Of a stretch of 64,000 bases of DNA, positions 46,828-56,757 are shown piece after piece. The first letter of the stretch is position 1; every line of letters begins with the position of its first letter. Under the pieces are notes generated by a model. That model made no database searches, had not been told where the DNA came from, and saw only the letters and a program-made list of their open reading frames with translations. Made by a program: the position numbers and the translations under genes. This stretch comes from Eubacteriales bacterium (GTDB taxonomy: Bacteria; Bacillota; Clostridia; Oscillospirales; CAG-272), in contig JAZOWN010000001.1 in assembly GCA_045659245.1 (NCBI GenBank), positions 81,823-145,822 of the forward strand, written 5' to 3'.

Positions 46828-46856
46828 TTGCAATTTTTGGTGGATTGTGGTATTAT
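46828..46856 (+). promoter_or_regulatory. Sigma-A promoter of the CDF transporter gene
   Basis: TTGCAA (46828-46833), 17 nt, TATTAT (46851-46856). Confidence 0.55.
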
Positions 46857-46885
46857 AGTGGATAAATAGATATGGAGGAATGACA

Positions 46886-48049
46886 GTGATAGGACTTTTG
46901 GCAAAAATATTTGTAAAAGATAACGGCTCTCCCGAGAAAGTGAGGGGTTCTTACGGCAAGCTTTGCAGCTTCGTCGGAATATGCCTTAACATCTTGCTTT
47001 TCGGAATAAAGCTTGCAGCGGGATTTATCAGCGGCGGTGCGATATCCGTTATTTCCGATGCCTTTAATAACCTTACGGACGCGACCTCGTCACTCATAGC
47101 CCTGCTTGGCTTTAAGCTTTCCGAGCAGAAGGCAGACAAGGATCACCCGTTCGGTCACGGAAGATTTGAATATATTTCGGGATTTATCGTATCTATGCTT
47201 ATTATCCTCGTTGGATTTGAGCTTGGCAAGACGTCGGTTGAGAAGATAATCAAGCCCGAGACTATAGATTTCAAGTGGCTTGCGGTGATAATACTCGTTG
47301 TATCCATAGCGATCAAGGCGTATATGGCTTTTTACAATTTCAGAATTTCAAAGAAAATATCCTCTGCCGCTATGAGAGCAACCGCCACAGACTCTCTCTC
47401 TGATTGTATTGCCACAACAGCGGTGCTTATGAGCCTTATTATCGCAAAGGTATTCGAGGTCAATATCGATGCGTACTGCGGTCTTGCGGTGTCAGGATTT
47501 ATACTGTTCTCGGGACTCCGCTCCGCCAAGGAGACAATAGATCCCTTGCTCGGCGGCTCGCCAAGCAAGGAATATATAAACGAGATAACGACCATCGTGT
47601 ATTCGTATGAGGGCGTAAAGGGAATACACGACCTTATCGTTCACGACTACGGCCCCGGCCGCGCTATGATATCCCTGCACGCCGAGGTCGACGCAAAGGC
47701 AGATCTGCTTCAAACTCACGATATGATAGATAATATTGAGCATGAGCTTCGTCAAAAGCTTAAGTGCGATGCCGTTATACATATGGACCCGATAGTTACC
47801 GACGATCCGCTTATAAACGAGCTCAGGGAAAAGATAACGGCGCTTGTTACCTGCATTGATCCCGCAATTACCATACATGATTTCAGAATGGTGGTCGGTC
47901 CTACTCATACTAACGTAATTTTCGACGTAGTCGTTCCTTTCGGCGTCAAGAAAAGCGACGACGAGATAAGAGAATCGGTTCAGACCATAGTAAGAACGCT
48001 TGACGGAAACTATTTTGCGGTCATAAATATTGATAAGGCATACTCATAA
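46886..48049 (+). CDS. Cation diffusion facilitator family transporter
   Basis: Six TM helices, DAFNNLTDA and HPFGHGRFEY motifs, and a cytoplasmic C-terminal domain. GTG 46886 is 7 nt after GGAGG, whereas ATG 46880 is only 1 nt after it. Confidence 0.85.
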   Translation: MIGLLAKIFVKDNGSPEKVRGSYGKLCSFVGICLNILLFGIKLAAGFISGGAISVISDAFNNLTDATSSLIALLGFKLSEQKADKDHPFGHGRFEYISGFIVSMLIILVGFELGKTSVEKIIKPETIDFKWLAVIILVVSIAIKAYMAFYNFRISKKISSAAMRATATDSLSDCIATTAVLMSLIIAKVFEVNIDAYCGLAVSGFILFSGLRSAKETIDPLLGGSPSKEYINEITTIVYSYEGVKGIHDLIVHDYGPGRAMISLHAEVDAKADLLQTHDMIDNIEHELRQKLKCDAVIHMDPIVTDDPLINELREKITALVTCIDPAITIHDFRMVVGPTHTNVIFDVVVPFGVKKSDDEIRESVQTIVRTLDGNYFAVINIDKAYS

Positions 48050-48091
48050 ACAAAAACGGGCTTCCTTGGGAGAAGCCCGTTTTTGTTTATT

Positions 48092-48325
48092 TTACTTATT
48101 AGCCTCGATCCACTCGTCAGCCTTTGCGGGGGACATGCGCTTGATATCCTCGGTGGGATATTTGGAATCAGCACCGCCGTTGGTGAAGAGGAAGAACTTG
48201 CCGGTTGCGGTCTTATAAAGAGTCTCCTCATAGCCGTCAGCCTCGCCGAAATTGCCGTTTACCTTCTTGAGCACGATCTCGGAAGCTTCCGTATCGTATT
48301 CAACCTTGCAAATAACCTTTTTCAT
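48092..48325 (-). CDS. Hypothetical small soluble protein (77 aa)
   Basis: ORF with an AAAGGATAAAGGA RBS region and its own TTGCAA-17-TATAAT promoter. I recognise no family. Confidence 0.55.
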   Translation of the reverse strand: MKKVICKVEYDTEASEIVLKKVNGNFGEADGYEETLYKTATGKFFLFTNGGADSKYPTEDIKRMSPAKADEWIEANK

Positions 48326-48371
48326 TATCCTTTATCCTTTCTTTATCTTTATGGATTTTTGCTGCAGATAT

Positions 48372-48400
48372 ATTATAACACAGAAAAGGCGGATTTGCAA
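48372..48400 (-). promoter_or_regulatory. Sigma-A promoter of the 77-aa ORF
   Basis: On the minus strand: TTGCAA (48395-48400), 17 nt, TATAAT (48372-48377). Confidence 0.6.
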
Positions 48401-48418
48401 GAGCTTTTTATAGGAAAT

Positions 48419-48530
48419 AAAAAAAGCACAACCGAAACCTTTTACTGCGCCGAAGATATCATAAGCTTGATATTCCGCAGAGAAGAGTTACCGTTGTGCG
48501 TGACGCTGTGGAGTTGGTGCCGCCGACAGC
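48419..48530 (-). ncRNA. Candidate small structured RNA of about 110 nt (promoter + nested helices + U7), identity unknown
   Basis: On the minus strand, TTACAA (48559-48564), 16 nt, TATAAT (48537-48542). This is followed by GCUGU..ACAGC and CUGCG..AUAUCA-agcuua-UGAUAU..CGCAG hairpins. A long-range GCACAAC/GUUGUGC helix ends directly in UUUUUUU (48419-48425). Confidence 0.3.
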
Positions 48531-48776
48531 CTAAGTATTATACCCTAAAAAAACGGATTTGTAAATATCCATTTTATATGATTTTTTGTCGAAAAATTCG
48601 TTAAAAATGCTACACAATAGAAAAAATGCCAAAATTCGGAGAGCTTTTTGGTGCTTTTGGCTGTTTTGAGATGCTTATGTCGTGGGTGATGTCGTACGTC
48701 CTACGGTCATAAATAATTTGTGTCTCCGAAAACAAATTTTTGGGTTCGGAAAAAATAAAAAAATTTTAAAAAGGTA

Positions 48777-48805
48777 TTGACAAACGGAAATAGGTGTGGT
48801 AAAAT
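48777..48805 (+). promoter_or_regulatory. Sigma-A promoter of infC-rpmI-rplT
   Basis: TTGACA (48777-48782), 17 nt, TAAAAT (48800-48805) with an upstream TG. An A/T-rich UP-like tract lies upstream. Confidence 0.7.
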
Positions 48806-48811
48806 AGTCAG

Positions 48812-48973
48812 GCAAAAGAAGAAGAACGTTCTCCGTTCTCACCGTGCCGACGAGTCGCGTACGGTCTGATATTCACCAAATGCTTCGGGAGTGCCCGAGG
48901 TATCGTCGTGCGGAGAATTTATTCTTTCGCATGATTTTTTTTGCCCTCTGCGGGCATTGGAGGTGTATTCGGT
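48812..48973 (+). promoter_or_regulatory. L20-type ribosomal protein leader / attenuator upstream of infC
   Basis: 160-nt leader with hairpins ACCGU..ACGGU and CUUCGGG-agug-CCCGAGG. A terminator-like stem at 48910-48930 is followed by AUGAUUUUUUUU. The position matches the Firmicute infC operon leader. Confidence 0.6.
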
Positions 48974-49492
48974 ATTAGCGCAAAAGAAATGACTATCAAC
49001 GAGGAGATAAAGTTCAAGGAAGTAAGAGTCGTTGGTGTTGAGGGCGAGGCGATTGGGATCATGTCGTCCGACGCGGCACTTAAAATGGCTTACGACCAGG
49101 GCTTCGATCTCGTTCTTATGGCTCCCCAGGCACAGCCCCCCGTATGTCGTATAATGGACTACGGCAAGTATCGCTTCGAGAGAGATAAGAAAGAAAAGGA
49201 AGCGAAGAAGAAGCAGCAGACAGTTGAGCTTAAGGAAATTCAGCTTTCTTGCAGAATTGACACTCATGATTTTGAAACAAAGGCGCGCCACGCAGTCAAG
49301 TTCCTCGAGTCGGGAAACAAGGTAAGAGTCGTAATGCGCTTTAAGGGACGAGAGATGAGTCACGTTGGCATAGGTCAGGAAATTATGAAGAAGTTTCAGG
49401 ACACCTGCAGTGAGGTCGGAAGCGTTGATAAGGCTCCCGTTCTTGACGGCAGAATTATGAGCATGGTGATCTCTCCCGTAAAGACTAAATAA
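48974..49492 (+). CDS. infC: Translation initiation factor IF-3, ATT start codon
   Basis: Translation from ATT 48974 gives ISAKEMTINEEIKFKEVRVVGVEGEAIGIM...PPVCRIMDYGKYRFE. GGAGG lies 10 nt upstream. The upstream in-frame ORF-track residues are not IF3-like. Confidence 0.9.
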   Translation: MSAKEMTINEEIKFKEVRVVGVEGEAIGIMSSDAALKMAYDQGFDLVLMAPQAQPPVCRIMDYGKYRFERDKKEKEAKKKQQTVELKEIQLSCRIDTHDFETKARHAVKFLESGNKVRVVMRFKGREMSHVGIGQEIMKKFQDTCSEVGSVDKAPVLDGRIMSMVISPVKTK

Positions 49493-49572
49493 GTTGTATT
49501 CGCGCATAGCGCGTTACTATAAGGGGCGCGAGTCCCACCCAATTTTGATTATTAAAAAAGGAGATTATAAAA

Positions 49573-49767
49573 ATGGGAAAAGTAAAGACACATAAAGCAT
49601 CCGCAAAGAGATTTTCTGTTACCGCTTCCGGTAAGGTAAAGATGGGTCACTGCCATCACAGACATAACACCGGTCTTAAGACCGCCAAGAGAAAGAGACA
49701 TCTTCGCCAGAGTGCTATACTCAGTGATTCTATGACCGCAAACATCAGAACGCTTATTCAGAAATAA
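49573..49767 (+). CDS. rpmI: 50S ribosomal protein L35
   Basis: MGKVKTHKASAKRFSVTASGKVK...; 64 aa. Confidence 0.95.
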   Translation: MGKVKTHKASAKRFSVTASGKVKMGHCHHRHNTGLKTAKRKRHLRQSAILSDSMTANIRTLIQK

Positions 49768-49797
49768 TTACGGAACAACAGAAGGAGGATATTAAAA

Positions 49798-50151
49798 ATG
49801 GCAAGAATCAAGGGCGCTATGATGACGCGCAAGAGAAGAAATAAAGTTCTTAAGGCTGCAAAGGGATACTGGGGCGCAAAGTCCAAGCATTTCAAGATGG
49901 CAAAGCAAGCCGTTCTCAAGAGCGGAAACTATGCATTTGCCGGCAGAAAGATGAAGAAGAGAGATTTCCGCAGACTGTGGATCGCTCGTATTTCAGCACA
50001 GGCAAAGGTAAACGGTATGAACTACTCTACCTTTATGCACGGTCTTAAGCTCGCTGGCATCGATCTCAACCGTAAGATGCTCGCAGAGATCGCAGTTTCC
50101 GACAAGGAAGCTTTCGCAGCTCTCGCAGAAAAGTCAAAAGCAGCTCTTTAA
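49798..50151 (+). CDS. rplT: 50S ribosomal protein L20
   Basis: [30 protein letters not shown]...; 117 aa. Confidence 0.95.
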   Translation: MARIKGAMMTRKRRNKVLKAAKGYWGAKSKHFKMAKQAVLKSGNYAFAGRKMKKRDFRRLWIARISAQAKVNGMNYSTFMHGLKLAGIDLNRKMLAEIAVSDKEAFAALAEKSKAAL

Positions 50152-50161
50152 TCAGAGCTAT

Positions 50162-50189
50162 AAAACCCCGTTTTCACGGGGTTTTATTT
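50162..50189 (+). terminator. Terminator of the infC operon
   Basis: AAAACCCCG-ttttca-CGGGGTTTTATTT. Confidence 0.85.
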
Positions 50190-50211
50190 GTGTAAAAAAG
50201 GAGGCGCGCGT

Positions 50212-51036
50212 ATGAATAAAGAGGTAATAAGCTCAAGGCAAAATCCGCTTGTAAAGTTCGTATGCGGACTTGCCGAAAAGAAAAATCGCCGTGAAAGCGG
50301 ACTCTTTCGCTTTGATGGGATAAAGCTTCTTGGAGAGGCCCATTCGTCTGACGTTAAAATTAAATACGTTGTTTGCAAAAGTCCAATGAACGATGCGCTT
50401 CGACGTGACGTTGACACGGCTTTATCCGAGGGAAGAATAACTCCCGATACTGTCGTAGAGGTCAGCGACTCCGTTTTCGAAAAGATGAGTGAGGAGAAAG
50501 CACCCGAGGGTGTAATTACCGTCGCACATGCTTTGAGTTCACTTCACGAGGTCGGAGAGTTTATTCCGAGCAAGGAGAAAAAAATACTTATTGCCGAGTC
50601 CCTGCGAGACCCCGGGAACCTTGGAACGGTCATGCGAAGCTGCTATGCGCTTGGTATTGACAGGCTTATAATTACGGACGATTGCGCCGATATTTATAAT
50701 CCGAAGACCATTCGTGCCGCTATGGGTGCGGTATTTAAAATGCGCACTCAAAGCGTGGAGGCAGAAATGCTCCCGAGCTTCATTGGTGAGCTTGTGGGCG
50801 ACGGTCGCAGAGTATATGCTACCGCACTTGCCGAGAACTCCCGAAATATCGGTGAGATAAGACTTGCGGCGGGCGACTGCTTCGTTATCGGAAACGAGGG
50901 ACACGGGCTTACGGACGGTGTGATACGTGCGTGCAGTGACTGTGTTATCATTCCCATGCGTGAGGGTGCTGAGTCGCTCAACGCGGCGGCTGCCGCTTCT
51001 ATATGCATTTGGGAAACAGTAAGGGGAAGTATATGA
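50212..51036 (+). CDS. TrmH/SpoU family RNA 2'-O-methyltransferase
   Basis: SPOUT C-terminal motifs (DPGNLGTVMRS, VIGNEGHGL, IPMREGAESLNAAAAASI). ATG 50212 follows GGAGG. Confidence 0.85.
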   Translation: MNKEVISSRQNPLVKFVCGLAEKKNRRESGLFRFDGIKLLGEAHSSDVKIKYVVCKSPMNDALRRDVDTALSEGRITPDTVVEVSDSVFEKMSEEKAPEGVITVAHALSSLHEVGEFIPSKEKKILIAESLRDPGNLGTVMRSCYALGIDRLIITDDCADIYNPKTIRAAMGAVFKMRTQSVEAEMLPSFIGELVGDGRRVYATALAENSRNIGEIRLAAGDCFVIGNEGHGLTDGVIRACSDCVIIPMREGAESLNAAAAASICIWETVRGSI

Positions 51037-52316
51037 GAAAAGACGAAAACGCACTCTATTGGATATGGCTTGCGGAGAAATTCGGCATCGCGTCGAAGGA
51101 GTTCCCAAGCTTTGTTGCGAGCTTTGATGATCCTTACGACGTTTACAGAATGTCGGCTGAGGAGATAGAGCAGATAGAGGGACTTAAGACTATAACTAAG
51201 GAGCGTCTTGCGGATAAGTCGCTTGAGCTTTCTTATAAGTATCTTAAATACTGTCAGAGGCAGGGAATAGACGTAATAGGATACACGGACGAGCGCTATC
51301 CCGCGCGTCTGCGTACTATCGAAAACCCGCCCGTAATGCTTTATTGTCTTGGAAAGCTCCCGAATGTCGATCAAAGACTTTGTATTGGAATGGTCGGCAC
51401 GAGAAAAATGAGCGAATACGGAAAGCGCTCCGCGTATAAAATAGCTTATGAGCTGTCTGCGGCGCACGTTTGCGTGGTTAGCGGAATGGCGCTCGGTATA
51501 GACGGAGTCTGTGCCGCGGCGGCACTTAAGGCGGGTGGAGAAACCGTTGCCGTTCTCGGTTGCGGACTTTCTGTGGTCTATCCGAAGGAGCACGCAAAGC
51601 TTATGCGCAAGATCGCAAAGCACGGCGCGGTAATATCCGAGTTTCCGCCGTTTGAACGACCTCTGCCGAACAATTTTCCGATAAGAAATCGCATAATAAG
51701 CGGTATGTCAAACGGAGTGCTCGTGGTTGAGGCGCCAAAGCGAAGCGGCGCGCTGATAACCGCTTCGAGAGCAATCTCTCAGGGCAGAGAGCTTTTTGCC
51801 TTGCCGGGGCAGATAGGTGAGGCTACGGCGACAGGACCGAACGAACTTATACAAAGCGGTGCGAACGTAGTTCTCTCGGCAAACGACCTAATAAATCATT
51901 ACGATTTTCTTTACCACGACACCTTTAATTTCAAAAGGCTTGCGTGGGCAACCAAGCATTCCGACTTTGACGAAGGAAAGCTAAAGGAGTACGGAGTATC
52001 GGACGTTTTTTATCGCGGAAGATACGACGCAGAGTCCGAAAAGGCGGAAAATGAAAAATCAGAAGAGCCTACCGAGGCGCAGAGCGCAAGGGTAGAAATC
52101 CGAGCTGAGAATACGATCGACGAGAGTGTTCTCGCAACACTTGACGTTAAGACGAGAGAGATATACTCACTCATTCCCGACGGCAAGGTTTTCGTGCCCG
52201 ACGATATAGCATCGCGCGGCGCGGACATACGGGACGTAATAACGTCGCTTACGTTACTTGAAATATCGGGACTCATAATCTCCCAGCCGGGAGGAGCTTA
52301 CAAAAAGCAGGCGTGA
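51033..52316 (+). CDS. dprA: DNA-processing protein DprA (long C-terminal linker)
   Basis: Rossmann core (GMVGTRKMSEYG, SGMALGIDG, NFPIRNRIISG) and a C-terminal winged-helix-like end. ATGA overlap with the trmH-family gene. Confidence 0.9.
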   Translation: MRKDENALYWIWLAEKFGIASKEFPSFVASFDDPYDVYRMSAEEIEQIEGLKTITKERLADKSLELSYKYLKYCQRQGIDVIGYTDERYPARLRTIENPPVMLYCLGKLPNVDQRLCIGMVGTRKMSEYGKRSAYKIAYELSAAHVCVVSGMALGIDGVCAAAALKAGGETVAVLGCGLSVVYPKEHAKLMRKIAKHGAVISEFPPFERPLPNNFPIRNRIISGMSNGVLVVEAPKRSGALITASRAISQGRELFALPGQIGEATATGPNELIQSGANVVLSANDLINHYDFLYHDTFNFKRLAWATKHSDFDEGKLKEYGVSDVFYRGRYDAESEKAENEKSEEPTEAQSARVEIRAENTIDESVLATLDVKTREIYSLIPDGKVFVPDDIASRGADIRDVITSLTLLEISGLIISQPGGAYKKQA

Positions 52317-52353
52317 GTGCCGAGGACATAAAGAACATTGAAAGGAAAAATAT

Positions 52354-54651
52354 ATGGCAAATCTTGTTATAGTGGAATCACCCTCCAAGGCCGCTACAAT
52401 TAAGGGCTATCTCGGAACGAACTACAAGGTGATCGCATCCAAGGGACACGTAAGAGATCTTCCCAAGAGCAAGCTTGGAGTTGATATCGAGAACGGCTTT
52501 GAGGCTCATTATATAAACATAAGAGGTAAGGGCGACCTTATCAAGGACATAAAGAAGGAAGCAAAGAATGCAAATAAGATATTCCTCGCAACCGACCCTG
52601 ACCGCGAGGGAGAGGCAATTTCTTGGCATCTGGCAACGGCGCTCGGCATAAAGCCCGAAAACACGCTCCGTGTAACCTTCAATGAGATCACCAAACCGGC
52701 TGTTAAGGCGGCAATCAAGGAGCCGAGAGCTATTGATATGGATCTCGTAAACTCCCAGCAGGCGAGAAGAATTCTCGACAGAATAGTGGGATACAAGCTT
52801 TCTCCGTTCCTTTGGAAGCACGTAAGAAGCGGTCTTTCCGCAGGACGCGTTCAGTCGGTAGCGACTAGAATTATCGTTGAGCGTGAGGAGGAGATAAGAG
52901 CATTCAAGCCCGTTGAGTACTGGACTGTTGACGCAACGCTTTGCGCATCTGATAATCAGGAATTTACAGTTCGCTTTTATGGCAACGCCAAGGGCAAGAT
53001 GAAGCTCAAATGCGAAGAGGACGCTATGAAGGTCGTAAATGCAGTAAGTGCATCAGATTTTAGCGTAAGCTCGGTTCGTAAGTCAAAGAAAAAGAAGCTT
53101 CCCGCTCCCCCCTTTACCACCTCGACCATGCAGCACGAGGCAGCAAAGAAGCTCGGATTCCAGTCGCAGAAGATCATGCGTATAGCGCAGGAGCTTTACG
53201 AGGGTGTTAACGTAGGTGCAGAGAACGGTGGCGTTCAAGGTCTTATAACCTACATGCGTACCGACTCGCAGAGAGTTTCAGCACAGGCGCAGGAGGAGGC
53301 AAGAAGCTATATCGGTGAAAAGTTCGGCGATAAGTACTACCCCTCAACAGCCAGAAGCTACAAGCAAAAGGCAGGAGCGCAGGACGCGCACGAGGCAATA
53401 AGACCGTCGCGCATTGACCTTGAGCCTTCGAAAATAAGAAAGTACGTGACAAACGACCAGTTTAAGCTCTATAAGCTTATCTGGGAGAGATTTATAGCAA
53501 GCCAGATGGAAAGCGCGGTGCTTTCGACCGTTACGGCTGATTTTGAGTCGGCAGGCTACGTTTTCAGAACGAGCGGATATACCGTTGATTTCCAAGGATA
53601 TATGGCGGTTTATGAGGAAAGCGAGGAGGATACCGTTCGCACTGCCGACGAGGTAAGAGAACAGAAAAATATCCGTCTGCCCGACATTAAGGAGGGACAG
53701 AAGGTAGCTCTTGTTTCTACTGACCCCGCTAAGCACTTTACTGAGCCGCCCGCGAGATACAACGACGCATCTCTTATCAAGTTCCTTGAGGAAAAGGGTA
53801 TAGGACGTCCGAGTACGTTTGCTACGATCATTACAACTATCATTACCCGTAACTACGTAAAGCGCGAGGGCAAGTCGCTTGTTCCCACGCCTACGGGTGA
53901 GCTTACGAACAAGCTCATGAAGGAGAGCTTCCCTGATATAGTCGACTATGCGTTTACCGCTCATATGGAGGATAGACTCGACAGCATAGAAAACGGCGGA
54001 GTGGAAATGAACAGCGTTCTTTCTGAGTTCTGGGGAGGATTTGAAAAGGAGCTTGACGCGGCTAACGTGAAGATGGCCTCTGAGGAGGTCGAGGTTCCCG
54101 TTGAGGAGACTGACATAATCTGCGATAAGTGCGGAAGCCGTATGGTCATAAAGAACGGAAGATACGGTAAGTTTGCCGCTTGTCCGAACTATCCGACCTG
54201 CCGCAACACAAAGCCTCTCACAAAGACCGTAGATACGGACAGTGAGGAAAGCGCAACCGAGGAAAAGAAGGTTGTTATCGCTGACTTCAAGTGTGAGAAG
54301 TGTGGCTCTGATATGGTTCAGAGAAGCGGACGCTATGGCTCGTTCTTCGCTTGCGTGCGTTATCCCGAATGTGATTTCACCAAGCAGAAAACGCGCGACA
54401 TAGGCGTTCCTTGTCCTAAGTGCGGCTCGAAGATAGTTATGAAAACGGGACGCAATAAGACAGTATTTTATAGCTGCGAGAAGTATCCCGACTGTGATTT
54501 TTCATCTTGGGATCTTCCCACGAACGAAAAGTGTCCTCAGTGCGGAGAGATGCTTTACCGCAAGAAGGGACAGCCCACTCTCGTTTGCAAGAAATCCGGT
54601 TGCTCGTTCAAAAAGCCCTACTTGGCATCGGCAAACGGAGATAATGAATAA
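52354..54651 (+). CDS. topA: DNA topoisomerase I (type IA) with four C-terminal zinc ribbons
   Basis: TOPRIM ([21 protein letters not shown]) and catalytic ITYMRTDS. Four CxxC...CxxC fingers lie between about 54120 and 54620. Confidence 0.95.
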   Translation: MANLVIVESPSKAATIKGYLGTNYKVIASKGHVRDLPKSKLGVDIENGFEAHYINIRGKGDLIKDIKKEAKNANKIFLATDPDREGEAISWHLATALGIKPENTLRVTFNEITKPAVKAAIKEPRAIDMDLVNSQQARRILDRIVGYKLSPFLWKHVRSGLSAGRVQSVATRIIVEREEEIRAFKPVEYWTVDATLCASDNQEFTVRFYGNAKGKMKLKCEEDAMKVVNAVSASDFSVSSVRKSKKKKLPAPPFTTSTMQHEAAKKLGFQSQKIMRIAQELYEGVNVGAENGGVQGLITYMRTDSQRVSAQAQEEARSYIGEKFGDKYYPSTARSYKQKAGAQDAHEAIRPSRIDLEPSKIRKYVTNDQFKLYKLIWERFIASQMESAVLSTVTADFESAGYVFRTSGYTVDFQGYMAVYEESEEDTVRTADEVREQKNIRLPDIKEGQKVALVSTDPAKHFTEPPARYNDASLIKFLEEKGIGRPSTFATIITTIITRNYVKREGKSLVPTPTGELTNKLMKESFPDIVDYAFTAHMEDRLDSIENGGVEMNSVLSEFWGGFEKELDAANVKMASEEVEVPVEETDIICDKCGSRMVIKNGRYGKFAACPNYPTCRNTKPLTKTVDTDSEESATEEKKVVIADFKCEKCGSDMVQRSGRYGSFFACVRYPECDFTKQKTRDIGVPCPKCGSKIVMKTGRNKTVFYSCEKYPDCDFSSWDLPTNEKCPQCGEMLYRKKGQPTLVCKKSGCSFKKPYLASANGDNE

Positions 54652-55979
54652 TGGAAAAAACGGTTAATGTTTTTGGTGCGGGGCTTGCCGGCTGCGAGGC
54701 GGCTTGGCAGATAGCTAAAAGGGGTATAAAGGTAAGGCTATACGAGATGAAGCCCCTAAAATATACCCCCGCGCATCATTCGGAGAATTTTGCAGAGCTC
54801 GTTTGCTCTAATTCTCTGCGCTCGGACAGCACCACAAATGCGGTCGGCTTGCTTAAAGAGGAGCTTCGCCGCATGGGATCTCTTATTATGGAGGCAGCGG
54901 ACGCTACGAGAGTGCCCGCAGGCTCGGCGCTCGCAGTTGACAGAGATAAGTTTTCCGCGTATATTACGGAAAAAATAAGAGAAAATGAGAATATAACTGT
55001 CGTTTCGGGCGAGGTGACAGAGCTTATTGAGGGAGAAATTACCGTTATTGCAACGGGGCCCTTGACGTCCGATGCTTTTGCGCAGTATATAAGCCGAGAG
55101 CTCGTAGGAGAGGGGCTTCATTTCTTTGATGCGGCAGCTCCCATTGTGGACGCGCAGACCATAAACATGGACGTGGCGTTTTTTGCCTCTCGATACGATA
55201 AGGGCGATGCGGATTACATCAATTGCCCCATGAACGAGGAGCAGTACAACGCCTTTTGGGAGGCGCGTGTCAGCGCGAATGAGGCGCCTCTTAAGGAGTT
55301 TGATAAAGAGGAGCAGAAAAACCTCAAGGTTTTTGAGGGCTGTATGCCCGTTGAGGTCATGGCAAGACGCGGACGCGATACGCTTCTTTTCGGCCCCTTG
55401 AAGCCTGTCGGCTTGGTGGACAAGCGAACGGGAAGTAAGTCGCACGCGGTAGTTCAGCTTCGCAGAGAAAACGACGAGGGAAGCATGTATAATCTCGTCG
55501 GATTTCAGACGCATCTTACCTTTCCCGAGCAGAGAAGGGTATTCAGAATGATACCCGGACTTGAAAATGCGGAATTTTTGCGCTACGGAGTTATGCACAG
55601 AAACACGTATATAAATTCACCGGGCAAGCTTGATGCTACCTATGCTATTAGGGATATGGAAAACATTTTCTTTGCCGGACAGATGACGGGAGTCGAGGGA
55701 TATATCGAATCGACGGGCTCGGGTTTTGTTGCGGGACTTAACGCGGCGGCACTCGCGCTTGGCGAGGAAAAGACCGTATTCCCGAGAACTACCATGATAG
55801 GCGCTATGGCGCACTACGTGTCGGAGGGTGGAAACGGTGAGTTTTGCCCCATGAACGCAAACTTCGGTATAATCGAGTCGCTCCCCATGAGAGTTAAGGG
55901 CGGAAAAATAGCGAAATATGAAAAATACGCCGAGCGCTCGCTTCTGACGATAGGCGAGATGTTGGATAAAATACTTTAA
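54651..55979 (+). CDS. trmFO: Methylenetetrahydrofolate--tRNA-(uracil-5-)-methyltransferase TrmFO
   Basis: [22 protein letters not shown] motif; 442 aa. Its start overlaps the topA stop (TAATG). Confidence 0.92.
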   Translation: MEKTVNVFGAGLAGCEAAWQIAKRGIKVRLYEMKPLKYTPAHHSENFAELVCSNSLRSDSTTNAVGLLKEELRRMGSLIMEAADATRVPAGSALAVDRDKFSAYITEKIRENENITVVSGEVTELIEGEITVIATGPLTSDAFAQYISRELVGEGLHFFDAAAPIVDAQTINMDVAFFASRYDKGDADYINCPMNEEQYNAFWEARVSANEAPLKEFDKEEQKNLKVFEGCMPVEVMARRGRDTLLFGPLKPVGLVDKRTGSKSHAVVQLRRENDEGSMYNLVGFQTHLTFPEQRRVFRMIPGLENAEFLRYGVMHRNTYINSPGKLDATYAIRDMENIFFAGQMTGVEGYIESTGSGFVAGLNAAALALGEEKTVFPRTTMIGAMAHYVSEGGNGEFCPMNANFGIIESLPMRVKGGKIAKYEKYAERSLLTIGEMLDKIL

Positions 55980-55991
55980 AAGGAGAAGAAG

Positions 55992-56693
55992 ATGCAAAGG
56001 ACGGATATTAGTGCTCTTGAAAAAGCAATAGGCTATACGTTTAAAAATAAAGAGCTGCTTTTTGAGGCGTTGACTCACTCATCCTACGCGCACGAGCTTA
56101 AGGCAAGAAAAATGGACGCCGTTTGCAACGAGAGACTTGAGTTTCTCGGAGATTCCGTTCTGTCTTTGGTTACAAGTGAGTACCTGTTTACCAAATATGC
56201 AGCTCTTCCCGAGGGGGATCTTACCCACATGAGAGCGGCTCTCGTTCAGTCGCAGGCACTCGCGAGCTATGCTAGAAAGATAGGACTTGGAGTGTATCTG
56301 TATCTTGGACACGGTGAGGAAAAAAACCGCAACCGTCAGTCCATTCTTGAAGATGCGTTTGAAGCACTCCTTGCCGCAATATTTCTTGATGCGGGTGAGG
56401 ACGGAATTGACAGAGTCAGAGAGTTTTTGATACCTATAATCAAAAATCAGATAGACAATGGCGAGAGCATGCTTTACTCCGATGCTAAAACCGAGCTTCA
56501 GCAGCTTACACAGGTCAGCGACGGAATGACTCCTACCTATACAGTTGTAGGAGAAAGCGGTCCCGACCACGCAAAGGAATTTGAGGTTGAGGTCAGACTT
56601 AACTCAAATCTTATTGGGCGCGGAGTTGGAAAATCCAAGCGCGAGGCAGAACAGAATGCCGCACGCGAGGCGCTCAAGCTTTTTGGTATTTAA
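55992..56693 (+). CDS. rnc: Ribonuclease III
   Basis: NERLEFLGDSVL signature and a C-terminal dsRBD (GSGKSKREAEQNAA-like GVGKSKREAEQNAAREAL). Confidence 0.95.
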   Translation: MQRTDISALEKAIGYTFKNKELLFEALTHSSYAHELKARKMDAVCNERLEFLGDSVLSLVTSEYLFTKYAALPEGDLTHMRAALVQSQALASYARKIGLGVYLYLGHGEEKNRNRQSILEDAFEALLAAIFLDAGEDGIDRVREFLIPIIKNQIDNGESMLYSDAKTELQQLTQVSDGMTPTYTVVGESGPDHAKEFEVEVRLNSNLIGRGVGKSKREAEQNAAREALKLFGI

Positions 56694-56718
56694 TTGTGTT
56701 GAAAAATTAAAATAAAGT

Positions 56719-56756
56719 AAAACGGCGAAATGCAAGACTGCATTTCGCCGTTTTGT
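56719..56756. terminator. Bidirectional terminator (rnc / ygiQ)
   Basis: ACGGCGAAATGCA-agac-TGCATTTCGCCGT with A and T flanks. Confidence 0.85.
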
Positions 56757-56757
56757 T

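Noticed and set aside
48083-48604. 173-aa plus-strand ORF spanning the 77-aa gene and the candidate sRNA region.
   Set aside because: It crosses two promoters and a terminator on the other strand. It has no RBS, and its translation is low-complexity.
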